DNA from: an uncultured Bacilli bacterium
GTDB lineage: Bacteria; Bacillota_I; Bacilli_A; RF39; UBA660
Length of the DNA stretch: 63,551 nt
Reading direction: 5' to 3'
NCBI GenBank assembly: GCA_944332715.1
Contig: CALVKN010000002.1
Coordinates: 1 to 63,551, forward strand
A program made the position numbers and the translations under genes. Positions within the stretch are counted from its first letter, which is position 1. The number at the start of each line of letters is the position of its first letter. A model generated the notes under the pieces. It saw only the letters and a list, made by a program, of their open reading frames with translations. It made no database searches and had not been told where the DNA came from. Positions 46,839 through 54,081 of this stretch are shown piece after piece.

Positions 46839-48376
46839 TTTATTTGTATACACTTCCCGGTATAAATTTTAACTATCCTGATATAAAAAATATTTTATAT
46901 AGTACATATTTAAGACAAAATAAAATTAAATATAAATTTTTTGATTATACAGATTATCTATTAAATAATATTTTTATTAATAAAAATTTTAGTGAAGATA
47001 TTGATACCATAAAAGAAAATATTAAAAACAGTAATATGGATTTACTAAAGGCAAATAATAGTTTTATTAAAGCAATAAACAATTATTTAGATAAATTTGG
47101 TATTATTTATACTGGCCGAGGATTTAATTATAAATATCGTATAACTAATATTTCTGATTTTTTAAAAGTAGGTGAAAAAATTGAAGACTTCATTGATTTA
47201 TTTGTAATTGATCAATATAATGATGGTGACATTATATTTATGAATGTTTCCTATGGTTTTCAAGTCCCAATCGCAATAGCCCTATCTAAAAGAATAAAAA
47301 AATGTAATAATAATACCCGAATTATTTGGGGTGGAAATTATATAACGCAAATAAATGAAAATTGTAATGAACTAATAAATAAAGTAAAATACTTAGATGC
47401 AATTATAATATTTGATTATATTAAAACTTTCAAGGACTTGATTGCATATTATCAAGAAAGAAAATTAGAATTAATAAATGTCATAAGAAAAAATCAACCA
47501 TTTATTATAAGAAATAATTTAGTTGATGATAAAAATTATTATTATTTGGATTATTCTGATATAGATTTAAGTCATTATTTATCAAGGGATAGAATATTGC
47601 CAGTATTTTTGACTTACGGATGTTATTATCATAAATGTAATTTTTGTTCTCACCATTATCATTTCGGTGGTTACCTATCTATAAATCGGAAAAAGATGTA
47701 TGAAAATATTTTTAAAATGTATAAAAAAAATTCATTTGATAGTATAATCCTTATTGATGAATGTGTTCCTCCGAATATTTTATTGGAGTTTGCTGAGTTT
47801 TTACTAAATAAAAAAATCCATACTAAGTGGATGGTGGAAACTAGAATTAAAGAAGAGTATTTGGATAAAAGAAATGTTTTTAAACTTGCTGATAGTGGAT
47901 GTAAATTTATATCTTTTGGGATAGAAAGTTATAACAAAAGAATTTTGAGGTTAATGAATAAGGGAATAGATATAAAAAGCATTAAAAAAGTATTACGCAA
48001 TTTTTTTAATAGTAATATAATAGTGTCTTCGACATTTATGATTGGATATCCTAAAGAAAATATTTTTAATATATATAAAACCTTAAATTTTATAAAGAAA
48101 TTTAAATATATTGATGTTTTTGGTTTAAATATCTTTGTATTATCGCGAAATTCTATTCTATATAATGAATTAGGTTTTAAGAGTAATAATATTAATCTCA
48201 TTTATAGGTTTAAAAATAGTCGAAGAAATAAGATAGAAAAAATATTAAATACATTTAATAATAATAGCAAAATAAAAAAACTTAATAATATAAAAAATAA
48301 TTTGCTAAATAGATGTGATTATTTCTATTTAGAAAGAAAAAATTTTAGTTTAAATTATAAAGAGGTGATAAAATGA
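46835..48376 (+). CDS. B12-binding-domain-type (class B-like) radical SAM enzyme with atypical CX4CX2C cluster spacing
   Basis: 513 aa. About 250-aa N-terminal Rossmann-like region before GCYYHKCNFCSHH. Later FGIESYN. Overlaps neighbours by 4 nt on both sides. Confidence 0.7.
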   Translation: MIYLYTLPGINFNYPDIKNILYSTYLRQNKIKYKFFDYTDYLLNNIFINKNFSEDIDTIKENIKNSNMDLLKANNSFIKAINNYLDKFGIIYTGRGFNYKYRITNISDFLKVGEKIEDFIDLFVIDQYNDGDIIFMNVSYGFQVPIAIALSKRIKKCNNNTRIIWGGNYITQINENCNELINKVKYLDAIIIFDYIKTFKDLIAYYQERKLELINVIRKNQPFIIRNNLVDDKNYYYLDYSDIDLSHYLSRDRILPVFLTYGCYYHKCNFCSHHYHFGGYLSINRKKMYENIFKMYKKNSFDSIILIDECVPPNILLEFAEFLLNKKIHTKWMVETRIKEEYLDKRNVFKLADSGCKFISFGIESYNKRILRLMNKGIDIKSIKKVLRNFFNSNIIVSSTFMIGYPKENIFNIYKTLNFIKKFKYIDVFGLNIFVLSRNSILYNELGFKSNNINLIYRFKNSRRNKIEKILNTFNNNSKIKKLNNIKNNLLNRCDYFYLERKNFSLNYKEVIK

Positions 48377-50118
48377 GTATATCAATTAAAGAATTTAGAG
48401 ATTTTAAAACTAATTATTGTGATACTTTTTTTCCTAGTGATGTAACGATTTGGTCAAGTATAGTCTTATTAGAATGTATGGATAACCCGGACTTAATGGC
48501 TGAAGTAAAAGAGTATTTAACAATTAAGGAAGATATTAGTGCAAATGAACTTAATGATTTAATGCAAAAGTTAAGAGATAAAACTAATGAATATATAAAT
48601 ATGATGAATCATGCTGCAACTAAAGATGAAGCATATGAGATTTTTAGAATGTCTTTAGTATATTATGGTATTTTAGAATCCCTTGATGAACTGGCTAGTT
48701 TTTCAGCGAATTTAATTAGTCAAATAAAAGATAAATACAAAGATAATTACTTAGAGGTAATTGCTAATTTTGATAAAGGTAATTTATCTGTTGATGGTAG
48801 TAAAGTTTTAGAAAATATGGCATTACCCAAAGAATATAATGCTGATGAATTACTAAAAAAATATAGAGTGCTAAAAATATGGCAAGATAAACAACATGGT
48901 TATTATCAAACTGTTATTGAACCAATATTACATAAGATGGCAGAGTATTATGAAAATATGTATTCTAATTCTTTAGATGTTCATTTTGAAAGTCCTGTCA
49001 TGTATCTGAAGTTTTACCAATTATGTCAAAAAGATTTAATTTCAATTGATGAATTATCAAAACTTTATTTATGTGGTATAGATAAAGAATTAATTAAGCT
49101 AGTAGGAGGAAAAGGGTATGGTTTAACTGTTTTAAATGCCAAAGGAATAGAAATTCCTAAAACTTATGTAATACCTTGTTTTGCATCTTCTTGTGATATT
49201 CACGGGTTGGCAGAGTTAAGCAGTAATATTCATTATTCAGTGAGGAGTTCTGCTGATATTGAAGATGGTCAAAAAAATTCTTTTGCAGGTTTATTTGATT
49301 CCTATTTGGATGTTGATTATAAATCACTAAATGAATATATAGCTAAAGTTATTGCTTCAAAAGATAATAGTAGAGTACAAGAATACATTACTCATAATAA
49401 TTTAACTCAACCAAATATGGCTGTATTATTACAACCATTTCAAGAACCAACATTCGCTGGAGTATGGATAGGAAAGGATAGTAATAGTGGCTATTTAGAA
49501 TATGTCGAAGGTAATGGAGAAAAATTAGTTTCTGGAAAAGTTACACCGAAAATGGAGTCTTGGGATAACCATACAAATACTACTGATAAATTGAAATGCC
49601 AAAATGGTTTTGTAGGAGAAAAATTAATAGAATATCAAAAACTTCTTTCTGATAGCAATCCTGCTGACTTTGAATGGATGATTTTAAATGATAAGTTAGT
49701 TTTATTACAGTATCGTCCTGTTACAACAAAATTAGAAATACCAAAAGATATTAATTTAGAAGAAAAAGGTGTTTATAAAGGTATTGCAGCATCTCCAGGA
49801 TTTACTTCTGGACCAGCTAGGTTTATTAATGCTAGATACATTGATAAAGTTGATGACTGGAAAGATGGCGACATTTTAATGTCTTGGTATACTGATCCTG
49901 AATGGATGAACATTTTATCTCATTCTAGTGGAATTGTGACTGCTGTTGGAGGATTTTTATGTCATGCTGCAATTATAGCAAGGGAATTAGGAATACCATG
50001 TGTGATAGGTATCGGCGGAGATGCTATGAAAAAAATATGGAATGAAAAAGAACTGACTGTTGATGGAACTAATGGTTTAGTTAAAACTACCTTGACTAGG
50101 AAAAGAAATAGTAGATAG
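48373..50118 (+). CDS. PEP-utilising-enzyme family protein (PPDK_N ATP-grasp plus swivelling His domain, no PEP/pyruvate TIM barrel)
   Basis: About 230-aa unknown N-terminal region. GGKGYGLTVLNAKGIEIPKTYVIP (PPDK_N). C-terminal GGFLCHAAIIARELGIPCVIG (mobile His domain). Confidence 0.8.
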   Translation: MSISIKEFRDFKTNYCDTFFPSDVTIWSSIVLLECMDNPDLMAEVKEYLTIKEDISANELNDLMQKLRDKTNEYINMMNHAATKDEAYEIFRMSLVYYGILESLDELASFSANLISQIKDKYKDNYLEVIANFDKGNLSVDGSKVLENMALPKEYNADELLKKYRVLKIWQDKQHGYYQTVIEPILHKMAEYYENMYSNSLDVHFESPVMYLKFYQLCQKDLISIDELSKLYLCGIDKELIKLVGGKGYGLTVLNAKGIEIPKTYVIPCFASSCDIHGLAELSSNIHYSVRSSADIEDGQKNSFAGLFDSYLDVDYKSLNEYIAKVIASKDNSRVQEYITHNNLTQPNMAVLLQPFQEPTFAGVWIGKDSNSGYLEYVEGNGEKLVSGKVTPKMESWDNHTNTTDKLKCQNGFVGEKLIEYQKLLSDSNPADFEWMILNDKLVLLQYRPVTTKLEIPKDINLEEKGVYKGIAASPGFTSGPARFINARYIDKVDDWKDGDILMSWYTDPEWMNILSHSSGIVTAVGGFLCHAAIIARELGIPCVIGIGGDAMKKIWNEKELTVDGTNGLVKTTLTRKRNSR

Positions 50119-50121
50119 AAA

Positions 50122-51735
50122 TTATTTGTTCAAAAATAATTTCTCTTTTTCTTTTAATGTATTGTTTAACTTTTTCCAATTTTTATATTTGCAGTTTGCT
50201 TTGAGTTTGCATAACTTACAATTAGGACATTTAGGAATTATTAGTTTTAAATCTTTAATAATGAAGGAAAATTTATCTTGACAGTTAATACTATTTAAGT
50301 AATTTATTAATTTTTTATTGCTAAGGGTATTTAAGTCTGGTTTTTCATTAATTTTGTATTTAATTAAAACATATAATAATTCAAAAGTTATATTGTTGTA
50401 ATTTGTTTTAATAAAATTATATGAATGGAAGAATATACCTAATTTAATAAATGAATATCTAAAACTTTTTATCATATCTTCAATAATTAGACAAGCGCGT
50501 TTTAATTCGTCCTTATTATTTACAGTGTCTAAATTAAAATAAATGCTCTTCAAAAATTCAAATTCTTTTATTACAGAAGCTTCTTTATTATCTATTGTAA
50601 TAATATTAGACAAATTGGGAATAAATACTTTATAAGTATGAAATTTTAAGAATGAATAATCTTTAATATAAATACTTAAATTGTTTTTAGTAATTATGTT
50701 TATGAGTTCTTTATAAACATCTTTATTATTATCTAAATTTTTAAATGCTTTTAATTCATTATAATTTATTAATACATTAGAATTAAATATTATTGTAGGG
50801 TGTATGCCGTTATTAGTAGAATAATTATTTAACCAATTAACTTTTCTTTCATCTATAGTTAATTTATCATAGTTATTATTAATATCTTTCATTTTATTAA
50901 TTAAAGCATTTATATCTTTAAGGCCTTGAAATATTTCTGTTAGGCACCTTTGAATTGCTATGTCTATATTTAAATCACTTCCAACAGTCATGATATATTT
51001 GCTATTATCTTTATTAGTAATTATTACTCCAACTACTGGATAGATACCTAAAGAAAAGTCTTTAATATAAACATTTAAGTTATATTTTTTTATATTTTCA
51101 ATCTTATAGTAAGAATCTAATTTATTATCAATGATAATTGTATTTAATATTATTTCATTATTAACTATTGTTTGATAACAATATCTTTCAAATATTTCAC
51201 ATATGCCTTGATTTACTGCTTCAAAATAACTATTGCCTGCACATAAACCATTAGAGTAAGTTGTAGCATTAATTAATTTAATAGGTAGATAAACATACTT
51301 ATTGTTTTTTAAATCATAATACTTAGAAATTAAATTATATTTCGAATTATTATTAAAAAAAATATTTTTATTTACATTATTTTCAAAAAAGGTATTAATA
51401 ATATTTTGATTTTTTTGTATTATTTTGGGTTCTACTATTTCATCAGTATTGATAAAACTATTTTCTTTAGATAAATAATATATAGGAATTAATAATCTAG
51501 ATTGTAAACGCTCCATTAATTCGGCATAAGCAGATGCTTTGGCTAAATCTTTAGATATTCCCTTCCCATTAGTTCCTAAATTATAAAATCCTTTAATTTC
51601 TATTCTTATGGAATATAACTCTTTATTAATGCTTTTAAATTTATATTCTTTTACTTTTATATTATTCTGTTTTAATATTTTTTTTATTATTTCGATAGTA
51701 AGTTGGGGTTTACATTCTTTTCTAATATTATTCAT
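50122..51735 (-). CDS. YcaO-family ATP-dependent peptide backbone-modifying enzyme
   Basis: NGKGISKDLAKASAYAELMERL and later ICEIFERY, LTEIFQG segments typical of YcaO. ATG 51735 (MNNIRKE) preferred over GTG 51747. The stop lies 3 nt from the stop of the convergent PEP-utilising gene. Confidence 0.8.
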   Translation of the reverse strand: MNNIRKECKPQLTIEIIKKILKQNNIKVKEYKFKSINKELYSIRIEIKGFYNLGTNGKGISKDLAKASAYAELMERLQSRLLIPIYYLSKENSFINTDEIVEPKIIQKNQNIINTFFENNVNKNIFFNNNSKYNLISKYYDLKNNKYVYLPIKLINATTYSNGLCAGNSYFEAVNQGICEIFERYCYQTIVNNEIILNTIIIDNKLDSYYKIENIKKYNLNVYIKDFSLGIYPVVGVIITNKDNSKYIMTVGSDLNIDIAIQRCLTEIFQGLKDINALINKMKDINNNYDKLTIDERKVNWLNNYSTNNGIHPTIIFNSNVLINYNELKAFKNLDNNKDVYKELINIITKNNLSIYIKDYSFLKFHTYKVFIPNLSNIITIDNKEASVIKEFEFLKSIYFNLDTVNNKDELKRACLIIEDMIKSFRYSFIKLGIFFHSYNFIKTNYNNITFELLYVLIKYKINEKPDLNTLSNKKLINYLNSINCQDKFSFIIKDLKLIIPKCPNCKLCKLKANCKYKNWKKLNNTLKEKEKLFLNK

Positions 51736-51756
51736 AAATATCACCAAATTTCCTTT

Positions 51757-51785
51757 ATACTACCATTTCCTATAAATGGTGTCAA
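51757..51785 (-). promoter_or_regulatory. Promoter of the YcaO gene
   Basis: Minus strand: TTGACA (51785-51780), 17-nt spacer, TGgTAGTAT (-10 at 51762-51757). Confidence 0.5.
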
Positions 51786-51795
51786 TTATTTAAAG

Positions 51796-51824
51796 TTGAA
51801 AAATACAATATATTTTGTTATAAT
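51796..51824 (+). promoter_or_regulatory. Promoter of the dual-Rx4H gene
   Basis: TTGAAA (51796-51801), 17-nt spacer, TATAAT (51819-51824). Confidence 0.6.
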
Positions 51825-51849
51825 ACGCCATATATTTAGGGGGAATATC

Positions 51850-53382
51850 ATGAATATCGATAAGGCAAGCCTAGGTACTAGATACTTAATTAATTATATA
51901 AATAGTAAAAATCCTGCTCATTTAGATGTTGTAAGAAACTGCACTAAAGATATAGCATTCTGGGCAATGCTTATGCATTTTTGCAATAATATGAATGATT
52001 TATTTGATGCTTTATCAGAACCTATTTTAGAGCGAATATTTACGCAAAAAAAGGTTGTAAAAGTTGTAGATATTTTAAGTGATGCAACTGAAGAATACAC
52101 TTATGGCTTAGGTTATACTTCTAATACTAAGGGTAAATACAAAAATCACATAAGGAATATTAGAAATGCTTTAGCCCATGGAACATTTGAATTTGATGGA
52201 ACCCAAATACATATTTCTACACCTAACTCTTATGTGGCAACATTTGATTATGAATGGTTTAAATCCCTAGTCTTATCGACATTATCCAATGAAAATTTTC
52301 AAATAAAAAGAGGTATCGAAGATTATTCTATAATCAAGTTAACTGAAGGTACTGATAAAAATTATAAAACAAGTGATATAAAAAATTTAGAACAACTCGG
52401 TTTAATAAAATTAATTAAATTAACTTGTAAGGCAACTGATGCAACAGTAATATCAACAAAGTTTCCAGGATTAGCCAAAAAGGAAGGTAAAATTACCTTT
52501 GATGATTTAAAAATAATATTTATTAGATTATTATCGGAATTATCTAGCAAAGTAGGTTTTACAAAGACTTTAGAAAAATTAAAAAGAGCATATAAAGGTA
52601 TAATTGATATTGAAGCATTAGATATTAAAAGCGATGCCTTAAATGATCCTGAATTTCTAAATCTACCACTAGAATCAGGCATAGATTATTTAGTAAACGA
52701 AATAAGTAGTAAAGATAAAAATACTAAAAGTACAATTAATTTAAAAAGAATATTAAATTTACTTGATAAATTAAATGAAGATGCACCATTAACACCTTCA
52801 GAAGAATATGCTCTAAAAGATACCTTAGAGTTTTTACTTAATTTATATGGCTATATCTATTTTAATCAATTTCCTTCCAAAAAAAGAGATGATGATTCCT
52901 TAGCCCCATTTGATGAAAAAATAGAATTTAAAATAGTTCATGCCAAAAACGTATGGGGAGAATATATTAAAAAAATCAGTAAATCAATTGACTGTTTAAT
53001 TGCTGCTAATGCTAGTGAAAAAAGAATTGATATGTGGAAAGAACGTCTTAGAATATATAAATTAAGACTAGAAAAAATGCTTGAAGATGATAATAATATA
53101 TTGCGTTTGCTAAGAAATTCTATAACTCATGGATTAGTTGAACATAGTGATAACTTAATCGTTTTTTATGGTGAAGAACCCACTCTTACTTTACCTAAAA
53201 TTAATTCTAAAACTAAAGAATTAACAGAATATACTTTTCAAAATAAAGGAAGAACTTTTGAAATTGATATGGATAAAGATACATATTTGTCTTTACTTGA
53301 TAGCTTATATGAAGCAAGTGGTATCGAAATAAAAGTAAATATATCTAAATACCGTAAAAGAAAAAATTATTTAAGTAATTAA
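51850..53382 (+). CDS. Hypothetical 510-aa protein with two Rx4H (HEPN-like) motifs
   Basis: ATG 51850 behind GGGGG. Motif 1 IRNIRNALAHGTFEFDG (R-x4-H at 52162-52179). Motif 2 LRLLRNSITHGLVEHSD (53113-53130). No TM or signal peptide. Confidence 0.6.
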   Translation: MNIDKASLGTRYLINYINSKNPAHLDVVRNCTKDIAFWAMLMHFCNNMNDLFDALSEPILERIFTQKKVVKVVDILSDATEEYTYGLGYTSNTKGKYKNHIRNIRNALAHGTFEFDGTQIHISTPNSYVATFDYEWFKSLVLSTLSNENFQIKRGIEDYSIIKLTEGTDKNYKTSDIKNLEQLGLIKLIKLTCKATDATVISTKFPGLAKKEGKITFDDLKIIFIRLLSELSSKVGFTKTLEKLKRAYKGIIDIEALDIKSDALNDPEFLNLPLESGIDYLVNEISSKDKNTKSTINLKRILNLLDKLNEDAPLTPSEEYALKDTLEFLLNLYGYIYFNQFPSKKRDDDSLAPFDEKIEFKIVHAKNVWGEYIKKISKSIDCLIAANASEKRIDMWKERLRIYKLRLEKMLEDDNNILRLLRNSITHGLVEHSDNLIVFYGEEPTLTLPKINSKTKELTEYTFQNKGRTFEIDMDKDTYLSLLDSLYEASGIEIKVNISKYRKRKNYLSN

Positions 53383-53435
53383 TATTGTAAAAAAAATATA
53401 ACTATTATATAATTTTAATGTTAGGAGATTACAAT

Positions 53436-53963
53436 ATGGATTGGTTAAGTATACGTGAAACTTTAATAGATACAGTAAAGTTAGTTGTAATTATATTTAT
53501 AATATTATTTTTAATGATTTATGTTGTATCTATTACCCAAGTTGTTGGTTCATCAATGAAATCAACTTTAATTGATGGTGATGTATTAATACTTAGTAAA
53601 GCAAATTATCGCTTTTTTGATATAGAAAGAGGAGATATAATATCTCTTGATTATGAAGATACTAAATATCTAATTAAAAGAGTTATAGGTCTTCCTGGAG
53701 ATAGTATTGAAATAGTTGATAACGTTTTATATATTAATGGCGAAGTATATGAAGAAGATTATTTAGATGAAGGCCTTAATTACCCTGATTTTCATTTAAG
53801 CGATTTAGGTTATGACACGATACCAGAAGATATGTATTTGGTATTAGGTGATAATAGAGAAGACTCACTTGATAGTAGAGATATCGGCCTTATAAGTAAA
53901 GATAGCGTCAATGGGAAAATCGTTTTAAGGATATGGCCAATTAATAAAATTAGTTTATTTTAG
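53436..53963 (+). CDS. Signal peptidase I (P-type), copy 2
   Basis: ATG 53436 behind AGGAG. VGSSMKSTL Ser box, IKRVIGLPGDSIEI, GDNREDSLDSRDIG. Confidence 0.9.
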   Translation: MDWLSIRETLIDTVKLVVIIFIILFLMIYVVSITQVVGSSMKSTLIDGDVLILSKANYRFFDIERGDIISLDYEDTKYLIKRVIGLPGDSIEIVDNVLYINGEVYEEDYLDEGLNYPDFHLSDLGYDTIPEDMYLVLGDNREDSLDSRDIGLISKDSVNGKIVLRIWPINKISLF

Positions 53964-54027
53964 AAAACTTTTACACTAGCCCACATAAATTATTAATGGA
54001 GCTAGTTTTTATTTGTGCTGATTTTTG

Positions 54028-54056
54028 TTGAAAATTGTCAAATATTGTGGTATATT
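54028..54056 (+). promoter_or_regulatory. Promoter of the giant surface-protein gene
   Basis: TTGAAA, 17-nt spacer, TGgTATATT. Confidence 0.5.
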
Positions 54057-54081
54057 AGAGTCAGCTAGAAAGGGAGGAAAT

